In this document: piece after piece, positions 9,168-19,626 of the stretch
How the letters are laid out: every line of letters begins with the position of its first letter
Position numbering within the stretch: the first letter of the stretch is position 1
Source of the DNA: Myxococcota bacterium
Lineage (GTDB): Bacteria; Myxococcota; XYA12-FULL-58-9; JALHOP01
Assembly: GCA_041288095.1 (NCBI GenBank)
Contig: JBGGMJ010000079.1
Coordinates: 1-64,000, forward strand
Length of the DNA: 64,000 nucleotides
Reading direction: 5' to 3'
The notes under the pieces: generated by a model
Seen by the model: the letters and a program-made list of their open reading frames with translations, nothing else
Database searches by the model: none
Told to the model about the DNA's origin: nothing
Made by a program: the position numbers and the translations under genes

Positions 9168-11339
9168 ATGACCGTGATTCGTCGCGAAGGCAGCGTGGCG
9201 CCGAACGCGCCGCTGGCGGCCGCCGCGGTGGTCAAGCCGGCCGCGAGCACGTCGTCGCGCGAGGTCTTGCGCGAACCCGAAGCGCCCCTCGTGGCCAAGG
9301 TCGCGCCGGCGGCCGCGAGCCGCGCTCTCGCGACTGTCGAAGAGCGCCTGGTCGCGACGCTCAACGACCTCACCTGGAAACGTCTTGCGAGCATCAACGC
9401 GGCACGCCGCTCGGTCTCGACCATGTTGTCGGCGCCGGCCGCTCTGGGGCTCATTGCTCCGCTCATGCACGGCGGTACCGAGCCGGAGCTCGCGCGGGTG
9501 CAGGGCAACCTTGGGTTTTCGGATGCGTCGCCCGCTGACTTTCTCGCTGCCGTGAAAGGCATCCTCACGCGCGGCAAGGTGCGCACCGCCTTGTGGGCGC
9601 GGCCCGACTTCGTCGTCGACAAGGACTTCGCCGATCGCGTGCACGCCGAGCTCGGCACCGAGATCCAAACCGTCGAGCCAGCGCTCGCCAAGGGTCGCAT
9701 CGACAGCTGGCTGTTCAACGGCACGCACGGCCGTGCCCGCGATCTCGCGGAGTCCGACGCCCTCGACAAGGCCGCGATCGTGCCTTCGAGCCTGGTCGCG
9801 CTCGACCCGTTGTGGAAGAGCTCGTTCAAGCTCGCCGACACCATCGCCGAGTACCCGTTCGTCAAAGCGGACGGTCGCTCGGTCGCCATTCGCATGATGA
9901 CTGGCGAGCTGCCATGCCACTCGGTCGCGACCGGCGATTACCGCGCGGCGCGGCTGCAACTCGAGGACAACCTCTCGTTCATCTGCATCGTGCCGGCGGA
10001 AGAAGTCCCGATCGAAAGCTTGGTGCGCGACATCTCGACCACCTCCGGCATGGAGCGCTTCCTTTCGAGCCTCCAGCCCAACAGGGGCGTGCTCTACGTC
10101 CCGAAGATCGACATCGAAGCGCGCTCCCACGGCGGTGGGCTGCTCAACGAAACGACGCGCGGCCCCTACAGCGCCATGGGCTCGCGCAAGGTAGAGCTCG
10201 AGGGCAGCGGCCACGAAGTCTCGACCATGCGCTTCAGCGAGCCTGGTGTGACCATTGGCGGTGGCGCCGTGGCCAAGTTCTGGTCAGGTAACCTGCCGCC
10301 GTCCGTCGCGCCGCGGCCGCCCGATATCGTCGAAGCCAATCGACCCTTCCTCTACATGGTGCGCGACGACATGAGTGGTCTCATCATTGGTGCCGGTGTC
10401 TACGAAGGGCCTGCGGATCCGCCCCTCAAGCTGACGGTCGCTCGTGAGCTCGACTTGGGCCCCGGCGTGCTGCCGCGCTACGTCTCGGCGGCGAGCGGGC
10501 TCGCGCGTGTCGGCCAGCGCTACTGGGTGGTCGCGGACGACGAGAACTTCATGGCGTCGTTCCCGGTCGCTGGTGGGCCCGGCAAGGCGCTCGAGGTCTT
10601 CGTCGGCGAGCTCCCGGAAGATCCGAAGGAGCGCAAGGCGCAGAAGCCCGATCTCGAGGCGTTGTTGCACGTGCCGCTCTCGCTCGGCCACGCGCCGCAC
10701 GACCTGCTGCTCGCCATCCCCTCTGGGTCGAAGGCGAACCGCCATCGCGGAGTCGCCGTGCCGCTCACTCCCGAAGGCGAAGCCCACGGCTCGGTGCAGC
10801 AGGTGGACTGGTCGCTGTTGAACGGTGAGCTCGCCAAGCACTTCCCGAAGCTCAACATCGAGGGCGCCTGCATCATCGGCGACCGCATCCGTTTGAGCCA
10901 ACGCGGCAACGGCAAGAAGAACATCAGCGCCATCGTCGACCTCGATCTCAAGGAAGTGCTCGGCGCCATCGCCAGCGACGCGCCCATCCCCGTGTCGGCG
11001 TTGCGCAACATCAAGGTGATCGACCTGGGCAAGGAACGCGGTGTGCCATGGACCATCACCGACCTCGCGGCGCTCCCTGATGGGCGCATGTTGTTCACGG
11101 CCGCGGTCGAGGACACCCCGGATGTCGTTCGTGACGGCGCCGTGCTCGCCGCGGGCATCGGCATTCTCAATCGCGACGGCACGGTCGTGTCGTTCCGCCG
11201 CATCGAGCCCTTGGTGAAGCTCGAGGGGCTGGCGATCCTGGGGATTCACGGCGGCGCGGTCGATGTCGCGGCGGTTAGCGACGCGGACGATCGCAAGATC
11301 CCGTCGAGCATGTACACGACGAGCATCGAGATCTCTTGA
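9168..11339 (+). CDS. Fusion protein: divergent serpin domain plus a C-terminal beta-propeller-like domain (DUF6929-like)
   Basis: Serpin motifs in order: RIDSWLFNGTHG, LWKSSF, FVKADGRSVAIRMM, LYVPKIDIE, EPGVTIGGGA hinge, ANRPFLYMVRDDMSGLIIGAG. C-terminal motifs: SAASGL, VADDE, KPDLEA, SGS, LNIEG, QRGN, KLEGL. An alternative start is TTG 9159. Confidence 0.8.
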   Translation: MTVIRREGSVAPNAPLAAAAVVKPAASTSSREVLREPEAPLVAKVAPAAASRALATVEERLVATLNDLTWKRLASINAARRSVSTMLSAPAALGLIAPLMHGGTEPELARVQGNLGFSDASPADFLAAVKGILTRGKVRTALWARPDFVVDKDFADRVHAELGTEIQTVEPALAKGRIDSWLFNGTHGRARDLAESDALDKAAIVPSSLVALDPLWKSSFKLADTIAEYPFVKADGRSVAIRMMTGELPCHSVATGDYRAARLQLEDNLSFICIVPAEEVPIESLVRDISTTSGMERFLSSLQPNRGVLYVPKIDIEARSHGGGLLNETTRGPYSAMGSRKVELEGSGHEVSTMRFSEPGVTIGGGAVAKFWSGNLPPSVAPRPPDIVEANRPFLYMVRDDMSGLIIGAGVYEGPADPPLKLTVARELDLGPGVLPRYVSAASGLARVGQRYWVVADDENFMASFPVAGGPGKALEVFVGELPEDPKERKAQKPDLEALLHVPLSLGHAPHDLLLAIPSGSKANRHRGVAVPLTPEGEAHGSVQQVDWSLLNGELAKHFPKLNIEGACIIGDRIRLSQRGNGKKNISAIVDLDLKEVLGAIASDAPIPVSALRNIKVIDLGKERGVPWTITDLAALPDGRMLFTAAVEDTPDVVRDGAVLAAGIGILNRDGTVVSFRRIEPLVKLEGLAILGIHGGAVDVAAVSDADDRKIPSSMYTTSIEIS

Positions 11340-11345
11340 CCGACG

Positions 11346-12302
11346 CTAGCGGCGCTCGAGGCTCGCGTGGCCGTGGCTACAGGTCTTGACCGCTTCAGCG
11401 GTCAGTGAAGCGCCGGTATCCCCCTTGCGCATGGTGCCGTCGATGAACGCCAACGCCGCGCGCTGCACGAGCTCGGAGATGCCGCGGTGCTTCTCGCGCG
11501 CGGTGAACGACATGTGATTGCCGTCCTCGATGCGCAGCATGAGCTTGTCACCGCCGCGCATGTGCGCGAACGGCACCCGTCGCCACTCCGGCGAGTCATC
11601 GATCATGGTCGTGCCGTCGTGATCACCAGTCATCAGGAATAGCGGCCGGTCGATGTGATCCCACGACTGATCGTCGAGGCCGAACCAACGCGGCCCTTGC
11701 GGGGACATGGCGACCACGGAGACGACGCGGGCATCGCGGCGATCGCGGCGTTCCTGCGTCCGCGGGTCGACGTAGGTGGTGCCTCCGAAAGCCATGGTCG
11801 TGAAGGCGCCGAAGGAGTGGCCAACGAGCCCGATGTGCGCGGCGTCGACACCGACTTGGGCGGGCAGCTCGTCCATCAACAAGAGGATGTCGCTGAAGCG
11901 GTCGTCCCAGTTCTCGGCGTGGGTTTCGCTTTCCTCGAGAGCACGCCAGCAATCGGCGCCCTTTTGACCGCCGGCGCAGACACGCGCGCTGGTGGAGGCC
12001 CGGTGCTCGACGACGGCGACGGCGTAGTTACTCGCCGCTAGGGTCCGCGCCACTGGGTCAGCATCGGCGAGGTCGGCATCGAGCCCGGGGCTGAGCACGA
12101 TCAAGCGCGTCTCTGCGTTCACGGGCTCGGGGATGAAGGCGCGCACCCGGACGGCGAAATTACGCGCGGAGTCGGGGACCTGCAGCTCTTTGACGAGCAC
12201 CGGCGAGGCCCCCGGCGTGGCCAAAAGCGAGCAATCGTAGCGGGAACCGCATGCGGGGAGAGCCGCCACGAGGAAGGCGAGTGGTCGAATCCAACGAAAC
12301 AT
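11346..12302 (-). CDS. Alpha/beta hydrolase lipoprotein (dienelactone hydrolase/PAF-acetylhydrolase-like)
   Basis: ATG 12302 MFRWIRPLAFLVAALPAC lipobox; nucleophile GHSFG; TGDHD acid; GNHMSF His. Confidence 0.85.
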   Translation of the reverse strand: MFRWIRPLAFLVAALPACGSRYDCSLLATPGASPVLVKELQVPDSARNFAVRVRAFIPEPVNAETRLIVLSPGLDADLADADPVARTLAASNYAVAVVEHRASTSARVCAGGQKGADCWRALEESETHAENWDDRFSDILLLMDELPAQVGVDAAHIGLVGHSFGAFTTMAFGGTTYVDPRTQERRDRRDARVVSVVAMSPQGPRWFGLDDQSWDHIDRPLFLMTGDHDGTTMIDDSPEWRRVPFAHMRGGDKLMLRIEDGNHMSFTAREKHRGISELVQRAALAFIDGTMRKGDTGASLTAEAVKTCSHGHASLERR

Positions 12303-12401
12303 CTCTACAGCGCTCACGATAATGGCCGACGCAAGAGTTTTCCCACTCCGGCGCGCCCCAGCGCCCTCGTAGCACAAAATCACACAACTAGGACTTCTCC
12401 G

Positions 12402-14645
12402 ATGGCTGAACCGCTAAGCCTGAATGCACCAGTGTCTTTGGATCCACGCGTCGGGTCCGGCCTGCCCCTGGCCACTGTTGCGCCCCAAGGTCCTGCCACC
12501 GGCTCGCCTATCGTCGTCGCCGACCTCCCCGAGGAGCGCCGTTCGCGCGTCACGCAGCTGCCCGCGGAACGCGGCGTCCTGCCGGCTCCGAGCACCACGC
12601 CGCGCCGCACAGTACGCACGGGCGCTCCGCAGACCGAGTTCGTCCCGCAAGCCTCGACCTACCGCACCAACAACATCTCGGTCGCCGAGGCCGAGAAGGC
12701 CGTCAGCGAGTCGCAGCGCGTCTTGCGCCAGATGACCGGCGTGACCTTCGGCCGCCCCCCGCACACCTTCGAGCCGGCCTTGGTCTTCCGTGACCAGCTC
12801 GGCGAGACCCACGTCCGCTTGCAGCGCCACTACCTCGGCATCCCGGTGTTCGGTGAGCAGGTCGTCACGCACATGGACCGCACCGGCAATGTGCGCCACC
12901 TCACCAACGCCGACACGCCGTCGAACCTGAATGTGAGCACGACGCCGCGTACCACCGCCGAGCAGGCGACGGCCGTGGCGCTCCGCGCCTTCGGCGAGAC
13001 GCCGCAGACGCAGACCCAGCCGCAGCTGGTGATCGCGCGTGGCGACGACGGTCAGTACCGCCTCGCTTGGCACCTCATCCTGTCGAGCTTCGACGGCCAG
13101 GAGCCGCGCCGGCAGCACTACTTCGTCGACGCGCAGACCAACCAGACGATGTTCGACTACAACGAGATCCACGGCTTCGTGCCGGACTTCGTTCGTGAGC
13201 GCATCAACGCCAACGCGGCGCCGACTCGCCGCCTGCCGCTGCTCCCCCGCGCCGATGCCGAACCGGTGCCCGCTCCGGCGGAGCCCACCCCGGCGCCGAC
13301 TCCGGCCCCAGCTCCGACTCCGGCGCCAGCCCCGACTCCGGCCCCAGCCCCGACGCCACCGTCGAGCGAGACTCCTCCGGCCCCGGCCCCCGCTCCCGCG
13401 GAGCCGCCACCACCACCGCCGCCGCCGTTCACCCCAGCGCACGGTCTCGGCACCTCGGTCTACTCGGGCAACGTCCCGCTCGCGACCGCCCGTCGTACGG
13501 CTGACGGCCTCTTCGTGATGCGCGATCCGACGCGCCGCAACACCGAGACGCGCGACGGCAACGGCACCGGCAATAACACGGCCTTCGATGCCGAGGGCTT
13601 CCCGGTTCAGGCGCGTCCGCTCACGGACACGGACAACGCCTGGGCGACGCCCGGCGACGAAGCGCGCTCGCGCGTTGGTGTCGACGCGCACTACTACGCT
13701 GTCCGCTATGACGACTACCTGCGCGACATGTTCGGCCGCACCGGCATCGACGGCGCCGGCCTCCCTGGCCGCAGCGTCGTTCACGTCGGCCGTAACATGG
13801 TCAACGCGTTCTACTACAACAGCGTCATGTGGTTCGGTGACGGCGATGGCCGCACAGCCGGTCCCTTGGTCGACAAGGACGTCGCCGGTCACGAGCCGAC
13901 GCACGGCCTCACCGCCAACACCAGCGGTCTGGTCTACCGTGGTGAGTCCGGTGCCTTGAACGAGGCTGCCTCGGACATCCTCGGCTCGGCCGTCTTCAGC
14001 TGGTACCTGCGTAACAATCACTTGCCGCCGGAGCAGCGCGATCAAGGCATCGCGTCCGATTGGTTGATCGGCGAGGATTGCTGGACGCCGGGCCAGACAG
14101 GCGACGCGCTCCGCTACATGAACGATCCGCCGCGCGATCGTCAGGGCACCAGCGAGTTCTTCTCGCGTGATCACTACGGCTCGCGTTACCGCGGCTGGGG
14201 TGACAACGGTGGCGTGCACATCAACTCCGGCATCGCCAACAACTGGTTCTACCTGTTGGCCGCTGGTGGCACGAACCGGACGTCGAACCAGACGATCGCT
14301 CAGGGCATCGGCATGGAGCGTGCGGCGCGCATCTTCTATCGCGCACACACCACGTACTTCACGCCCTTCACGAACTTCGTGCAGGCGCGCGATGCGACCC
14401 TCCGGGCAGCTACCGACTTGTACGGCGCTGACTCGGTCGAAGCACGGACCGTCGCCTCGGCGTGGAGCGCAGTCGGCGTCGAGCCGCCGCCGCCGCCGCC
14501 ACCACCGGCTCCGCCCGCTCCTCCACCAGCCCCACCGGCGCCTCCGGCCCCGCCGGCGGAACCAACTCCTCCGGCACCCCCGGCGGAGCCCGCACCCACC
14601 CCGGCTCCGGCTCCGGCCCCCACCAGCTTGCGCCGCCGCGCATAG
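12402..14645 (+). CDS. M4 family (thermolysin-like) zinc metallopeptidase with FTP/PepSY propeptide and Pro-rich linker and tail
   Basis: THVRLQRHYLGIPVFG (FTP); YRLAW...YFVDAQT (PepSY); NAFY, FGDGDG, AGHEPTHG (HExxH), ESGALNEAASD, DNGGVHINSGI. Confidence 0.93.
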   Translation: MAEPLSLNAPVSLDPRVGSGLPLATVAPQGPATGSPIVVADLPEERRSRVTQLPAERGVLPAPSTTPRRTVRTGAPQTEFVPQASTYRTNNISVAEAEKAVSESQRVLRQMTGVTFGRPPHTFEPALVFRDQLGETHVRLQRHYLGIPVFGEQVVTHMDRTGNVRHLTNADTPSNLNVSTTPRTTAEQATAVALRAFGETPQTQTQPQLVIARGDDGQYRLAWHLILSSFDGQEPRRQHYFVDAQTNQTMFDYNEIHGFVPDFVRERINANAAPTRRLPLLPRADAEPVPAPAEPTPAPTPAPAPTPAPAPTPAPAPTPPSSETPPAPAPAPAEPPPPPPPPFTPAHGLGTSVYSGNVPLATARRTADGLFVMRDPTRRNTETRDGNGTGNNTAFDAEGFPVQARPLTDTDNAWATPGDEARSRVGVDAHYYAVRYDDYLRDMFGRTGIDGAGLPGRSVVHVGRNMVNAFYYNSVMWFGDGDGRTAGPLVDKDVAGHEPTHGLTANTSGLVYRGESGALNEAASDILGSAVFSWYLRNNHLPPEQRDQGIASDWLIGEDCWTPGQTGDALRYMNDPPRDRQGTSEFFSRDHYGSRYRGWGDNGGVHINSGIANNWFYLLAAGGTNRTSNQTIAQGIGMERAARIFYRAHTTYFTPFTNFVQARDATLRAATDLYGADSVEARTVASAWSAVGVEPPPPPPPPAPPAPPPAPPAPPAPPAEPTPPAPPAEPAPTPAPAPAPTSLRRRA
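13296..13349 (+). repeat. Three tandem 18-bp units (ccgactccggcSccagcY) encoding PTPAPA within the Pro-rich linker of the M4 protease
   Basis: Units at 13296, 13314 and 13332, read directly. A second Pro/Ala-rich tract lies at ~14481-14625. Confidence 0.85.
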
Positions 14646-14699
14646 TTAGAGGGTCGCAGGTGCTCGCGGCCCCCCGTCCTGGGTAGGCCGCACCGCTTC

Positions 14700-14744
14700 A
14701 AAAAACGGGGTCCACGCGGCCAGCAGCGGCGCGTGGGCCCCGTT
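14700..14744 (-). terminator. Intrinsic terminator-like hairpin; U-tract on the minus strand, possibly bidirectional
   Basis: Stem cggggtccacgcg (14706-14718) / cgcgtgggccccg (14730-14742) with A6 at 14700-14705, i.e. hairpin followed by UUUUUU on the minus strand. Confidence 0.55.
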
Positions 14745-14829
14745 CGCGTTTCCAGGGGCCAGTCCCCGACACTTGTGGCAAGCAGTGCCACGGATGGCCA
14801 CCTTTGGGCGGCCAGCCGCTCGGGGGAGC

Positions 14830-17800
14830 ATGTCGAATACGTCTTTGTCGCGGCGCTTGTCCGCGCTCTTGGCCACGCCAACCGTCCTACTCGTTCTTTC
14901 GTCGATCGTTCTCTATCTGCAGATCGAGCGCATGAACGACGACGGTGCCTGGGTCGAGCACAGCGAGCGGGTGCTCGCTCGCGCCAACGACGCCATGGTG
15001 AAGATGGTCGAGCAGCAAAACGCCACGCGCGGCTATGCGCTGACGCGCGACCCCGGCCTCATCGACACCTACAATCAGATGCACCCCGAGGAGCTCGTCG
15101 ACGAGCTGGCGAAGCTCGTTGCGAACAGCGACGCGCAGGCGCAGCGAGTCGCCGACTGGCGTAAGGCGTTCGCGGCGTGGTCGACGTGGCGCGGCCCGAT
15201 CACGGAAGTGAAGATCCCGACGACCGAGGAGGAGCTGGAAAAAGAGAAGCTCGGCCGCTCCTTGATGATGCTCACCCGACAACGCTACGCGCAGCTCGTC
15301 GCCGCCGAGCGCTTGCTGCGTGACCAGCGCGTCGTCACGGCGCGCGAGAGCATCCTTGTCGCCAAGCGCACCTTCTTCGCCTTGATGCTCGGGCTCGCGG
15401 CGGTCATCGCCTTCATCACGCGCCGCCACGTGCTCGGCATCGCGCGGGACTACGGTCAGGCGCTCGACGGAGTGCACGCCGCCAACGCCAAGCTCGAGGA
15501 CCAAGACTGGATCAACAACGGTCTCTTGCGCGTCGCCGAAGTGTCGCAAGGCGAGCTCAGCGTCGAGGAGCTCTCGACGAAAGTCATCGGCGTCTTGGCC
15601 CAGCTCACCGGCGCCGCGACCGGCGCGTTCTACGTCACCGAAGGCGACAGCTCACGCTGCTCCGGTGTGTACGCCATGGCGTTCAGCGACACGCCTGCGC
15701 GCTTCCGCACCGGCGAAGGTCTTATTGGCTCCGTCGTACGCGATCGCAGGCAAGCAGTGCTGCGAGAGCTGCCTTCCGGCTACCTGCGCTTGCGGTCCGG
15801 CGTCGGCGAGCTCGACCCGGTGACGGTGGTCGTGCAACCCATGGTCGTCGCGGGTGGCGTCTTCGCGGTCGCCGAGCTCGGATTCCTGGGGCCCGTCCGC
15901 GATCGTGTACTGAAGCTCACGCAGCTCGCGTCGGAGTCCATCGCCGTCAACGTGCGCTCCGCCGAATACCGCCAGCGCTTGAGCGAGCTCTTGGTCGAGA
16001 CCCAGCGTCAGGCCGAGGAGCTGCAAGCCCAGCAAGAGGAGCTGCGCGTCTCCAACGAAGAGCTCGAGGAGCGCGAGCGCAGCCTGCGCGACGTGCACGA
16101 TCAAATGGCGGGGCAGCAGGCGAGCCTCGAAGAGCGTAACGAGATCTTGGCCGAGCAACGCGCCGAGCTCATGCGCTCGCAGGAGCTGCTCACCCAGCGC
16201 TCGCGCGAGATCGCGCAGGCGAGTCGCTACAAGTCCGAGTTCCTCGCCAACATGTCGCATGAGCTGCGCACGCCGCTGAACAGCGCGCTCATCCTCGCGA
16301 AGCTCCTGGCCGACAACAAACCGGGTAACCTCAACCCCGAGCAGGTGAAGTTCGCCGAGACCATCTCCGGCGCCGGCAACGATCTGCTCACCCTCATCAA
16401 CGACATCCTCGATCTCTCGAAGATCGAGGCGGGCAAGCTCGACGTGAAACCCGCTCCGACCCCCGTCGCCACGGTGGCATCGAGCATCGAGCGACTGTTC
16501 GCGCCGGTCGCCAAGAGCAAGAAGGTCCACTTCTCGGTCCGGCTCGAGGTACCCCAAGCCACCACGCTCGAGACCGACCCACAGCGCCTCGAGCAGATTC
16601 TCCGTAACTTGCTCGCGAACGCGTTCAAGTTCACCGACCAAGGCGAGGTCGAGGTCGTCATCGGCGCGGCCGAATCGGGCGTCACCTTCGCCGTCCGCGA
16701 TACCGGAATAGGCATCGCCCCCGAGGCACACCAGCTCATCTTCGACGCCTTCAAGCAGGCCGACGGCACCACCAGCCGCAAGTACGGTGGCACCGGGCTC
16801 GGTCTCTCCATCTCGCGTGATCTCGCGCGCATGATGGGCGGGGACGTCACTCTCCAAAGCGAAGTCGGGAAGGGCAGCACCTTCACCCTGACTTTACCGC
16901 GCATCTACACGGGACAGCGCTCGGCGCCCGTGCTCGAAGCGCAACGCCCGGCCGCGACGACGACGCCGGTACGACGGCGCAGCGGTGACAGCGCGCCGCA
17001 GGCGCCTCGCGTGGCCGGCCCAGAGCTCGGCTTCGTGGATGATCGTGGCAAGACGCACGAGCACCACCGCTTGGTGCTGGTCGTCGAAGACGATGTCGCC
17101 TTCGCCAAGGTGCTCTACGACACCGCTCACGAGCAAGGCTTCGCCTGCGTCTGCGCCACCACGGCGGAGGAAGGCCTGACGCTCGCTCGCGATCTCGCGC
17201 CGACCGCCATCATCCTCGACGTGAACCTCCCCGACGATTCCGGGCTCACTGTGCTCGAGCGCATGAAGCGCCAGCCCGAGACGCGTCACGTGCCCATCCA
17301 TGTGGTCTCCGCGCACGATCACGTGCACACCGCGCTCGAGCTCGGCGCGGTAGGCTACGCCATCAAACCGATCGTCGGCAGCGACCTCACCGGTTTGTTC
17401 TCCAAGCTCGAGACACAGTTCGCGGGACGCCTGCGGCGGGTCATGGTGGTCGAGGACGACGCCGTGCAGCGCGACAGCATCAGGCACCTGTTGCAGAGCG
17501 AAGGTGTCGAGATCGTCGGCATCGGCAGCGGCCGCGAAGCGCTCGAGCGGCTGCGCAGCGAACCCTTCGATTGCATCGTGCTCGACTTGAAGCTCCCGGA
17601 CGCCAGTGGCTTCGAGCTGCTCGAGACCATGGCGAGCGACACCGCCTACGCGTTCCCGCCGGTCATCGTTTACACGGGCCGCGCCTTGAGCAACGAAGAG
17701 GAGCAACAGCTACGTCGCTACTCGAGCTCGATCATCGTCAAGGGCGCGCGCTCGCCCGAGCGACTCCTCGACGAGGTGACGCTATTCTTGCACCAGGTCG

Positions 17801-18240
17801 AAGCGCGGCTGCCCGCCGAGCGCCAGCGCATGCTGCGTGATGCGCGCGACCGCGAGGCCATCTTCGAGGGCAAGCGTGTGCTGGTTGTCGAGGACGACGT
17901 GCGCAGTGTCTTCGCGCTCTCGAGCGTACTCGAGCCCAAGGGCGCGACGGTCGAGATCGCGCGCAACGGGCGTGAGGCGTTGGCCGCGCTAGCCGCCGGG
18001 CCGGCGCCTGACCTCGTGCTCATGGACATGATGATGCCCGAGATGGACGGCATCACCGCCATCAAGGAGATCCGCGCCCAGAAGCAGCACGCCAAGCTCC
18101 CGATCATCGCCCTGACCGCTAAAGCGATGCGCGACGATCGCGACCGCTGCATCGCCGCCGGCGCCAACGACTACATGGCCAAGCCCATCGACGTCGACAA
18201 GCTGCTGTCGCTGACGCGGGTGTGGATGCGCCGTGGCTGA
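14830..18240 (+). CDS. Hybrid sensor histidine kinase: TM-CHASE3-TM-GAF-coiled coil-HisKA-HATPase-3xREC
   Basis: ATG 14830 after GGGGAG; WVEHS...[11 protein letters not shown] (CHASE3); [37 protein letters not shown]; three receivers (VVEDD...LDVNLP, VVEDD...LDLKLP, VVEDD...MDMMMP). Confidence 0.95.
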   Translation: MSNTSLSRRLSALLATPTVLLVLSSIVLYLQIERMNDDGAWVEHSERVLARANDAMVKMVEQQNATRGYALTRDPGLIDTYNQMHPEELVDELAKLVANSDAQAQRVADWRKAFAAWSTWRGPITEVKIPTTEEELEKEKLGRSLMMLTRQRYAQLVAAERLLRDQRVVTARESILVAKRTFFALMLGLAAVIAFITRRHVLGIARDYGQALDGVHAANAKLEDQDWINNGLLRVAEVSQGELSVEELSTKVIGVLAQLTGAATGAFYVTEGDSSRCSGVYAMAFSDTPARFRTGEGLIGSVVRDRRQAVLRELPSGYLRLRSGVGELDPVTVVVQPMVVAGGVFAVAELGFLGPVRDRVLKLTQLASESIAVNVRSAEYRQRLSELLVETQRQAEELQAQQEELRVSNEELEERERSLRDVHDQMAGQQASLEERNEILAEQRAELMRSQELLTQRSREIAQASRYKSEFLANMSHELRTPLNSALILAKLLADNKPGNLNPEQVKFAETISGAGNDLLTLINDILDLSKIEAGKLDVKPAPTPVATVASSIERLFAPVAKSKKVHFSVRLEVPQATTLETDPQRLEQILRNLLANAFKFTDQGEVEVVIGAAESGVTFAVRDTGIGIAPEAHQLIFDAFKQADGTTSRKYGGTGLGLSISRDLARMMGGDVTLQSEVGKGSTFTLTLPRIYTGQRSAPVLEAQRPAATTTPVRRRSGDSAPQAPRVAGPELGFVDDRGKTHEHHRLVLVVEDDVAFAKVLYDTAHEQGFACVCATTAEEGLTLARDLAPTAIILDVNLPDDSGLTVLERMKRQPETRHVPIHVVSAHDHVHTALELGAVGYAIKPIVGSDLTGLFSKLETQFAGRLRRVMVVEDDAVQRDSIRHLLQSEGVEIVGIGSGREALERLRSEPFDCIVLDLKLPDASGFELLETMASDTAYAFPPVIVYTGRALSNEEEQQLRRYSSSIIVKGARSPERLLDEVTLFLHQVEARLPAERQRMLRDARDREAIFEGKRVLVVEDDVRSVFALSSVLEPKGATVEIARNGREALAALAAGPAPDLVLMDMMMPEMDGITAIKEIRAQKQHAKLPIIALTAKAMRDDRDRCIAAGANDYMAKPIDVDKLLSLTRVWMRRG

Positions 18241-19063
18241 CGTCGACCCACTCGTGGTCGATGACCGCGACCTCATGCGTCTGCTCGACACCGTCTTTAC
18301 GGAGTACTCCTACGACTTTCGCCAGTACGCACATGCTTCGTTGAAGCGACGCGTTACCCAAGCGATCACGCGCCTGGGCTTCGCCGATTGCGAGAGCTTG
18401 CGTCAGGGCATGCGCGCCAGTGGAACCGTCTTCACCCAGCTCCTCCGCTTCCTCACCGTGCACGTCAGTGACATGTTTCGCGATGCCGATTACTTCCGAG
18501 CCTTTCGCGAGCAGGTGGTGCCCGCGCTCGCCACCTATCCTTCGACGAAGCTGTGGGTCGCGGGTTGCAGTAACGGCGAGGAAGTCTACTCGCTCGCCAT
18601 CATCCTGCGCGAAGAGCGACTCCTCGAGCGGACGACGATCTACGCGACCGACATCGATCCCGAATGTCTCATGGCGGCCGAGGCCGGGCTCTACCCTATC
18701 GACCGCATCGCGTTGTTCAGCGAGAACTACATCCGCTCTGGCGGACAGACGTCGCTGTCGGACTACTACACGACCGGCTACGGCAACGCCGTCTTCGACA
18801 AGACGCTGCGCCAGAACGTGGTGTTCGCCGACCACAGCCTGGCGACGGACACGGTTTTCGCCGAGGTCCACGCGGTGAGCTGCCGCAACGTCCTTATCTA
18901 CTTCAACGCCGATCTGCAGAAGCACGCCTTGAAGCTCTTCGACGATGCCATCGTCCGCCGCGGCTTCTTGGGGCTAGGGTCGCGCGAAACGCTGCGCTTT
19001 TCCGACCACGCGCGCACCTATGCGGAAATACCGGGAGGCCAGCGATGGTATCGCAAGCTTTGA
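18233..19063 (+). CDS. cheR: CheR-type protein-glutamate O-methyltransferase
   Basis: [47 protein letters not shown]; overlaps the kinase stop. Confidence 0.95.
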   Translation: MADVDPLVVDDRDLMRLLDTVFTEYSYDFRQYAHASLKRRVTQAITRLGFADCESLRQGMRASGTVFTQLLRFLTVHVSDMFRDADYFRAFREQVVPALATYPSTKLWVAGCSNGEEVYSLAIILREERLLERTTIYATDIDPECLMAAEAGLYPIDRIALFSENYIRSGGQTSLSDYYTTGYGNAVFDKTLRQNVVFADHSLATDTVFAEVHAVSCRNVLIYFNADLQKHALKLFDDAIVRRGFLGLGSRETLRFSDHARTYAEIPGGQRWYRKL

Positions 19064-19626
19064 TTCCGCGCTTGGTGGTGATCGGCGCGTCCGCTGGAGC
19101 AGTCGATGTACTGCGCGTGGTGCTGCCGGCATTCCCCAAGGACGCGTCGTGTAGCGTCGTCGTGGTCGTGCACGTCCCCGAAGGCCGGCCCAGCCTGCTC
19201 GCGGACATCTTCGGGCCGCTTTGTGCCTTGCCCGTCTCCGAGATCGACGACAAGCAACCGTTGACGCCGGGCACCATCTTCTTCGCGCCGCCCGGCTACC
19301 ACACGCTCATCGAGGACGCGTCGACCTTGTCGTTATCGAACGACGATCCCCAGAACTACTCGCGGCCGTCCATCGACGTGCTCTTCGACTCCGCGGCCGA
19401 GGCGCTCGGCGACCAGGTGCTAGGAGTGCTCCTCACGGGCGCCAGCCCGGACGGCGCCGAGGGCTGCGTTCGCATCCGCGCCGCCGGCGGTTTCGTGATC
19501 GTCCAGGAGCCCGCGACCTGCGTCTCTCCGGTCATGCCGCGAGCGGCGTTGGACCGGGGCGCCGCGGACCTCGTCTTGTCACCCGAAGCGATCGCGAGCT
19601 ATTGCGCGCGCGGGGAGAGCGCTTAG
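19060..19626 (+). CDS. cheB: Stand-alone CheB methylesterase domain protein (no receiver domain)
   Basis: VIGASAGA, VVH, APPGYH, SRPSIDVLF, LTGASPDGAEG. TTG start overlapping the cheR TGA; alternative ATG at 19045. Confidence 0.9.
   Translation: MIPRLVVIGASAGAVDVLRVVLPAFPKDASCSVVVVVHVPEGRPSLLADIFGPLCALPVSEIDDKQPLTPGTIFFAPPGYHTLIEDASTLSLSNDDPQNYSRPSIDVLFDSAAEALGDQVLGVLLTGASPDGAEGCVRIRAAGGFVIVQEPATCVSPVMPRAALDRGAADLVLSPEAIASYCARGESA

Noticed and set aside
13260..13430. Short tandem repeats resembling a CRISPR array or VNTR locus
   Set aside because: In-frame Pro/Ala/Thr codon repeats inside a CDS, with no unique spacers and no cas genes.
9168..14645. Serpin as the inhibitor of the nearby M4 protease
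   Set aside because: Serpins trap serine/cysteine proteases through an acyl intermediate, which metalloproteases do not form. The genes are also separated by an opposite-strand hydrolase.
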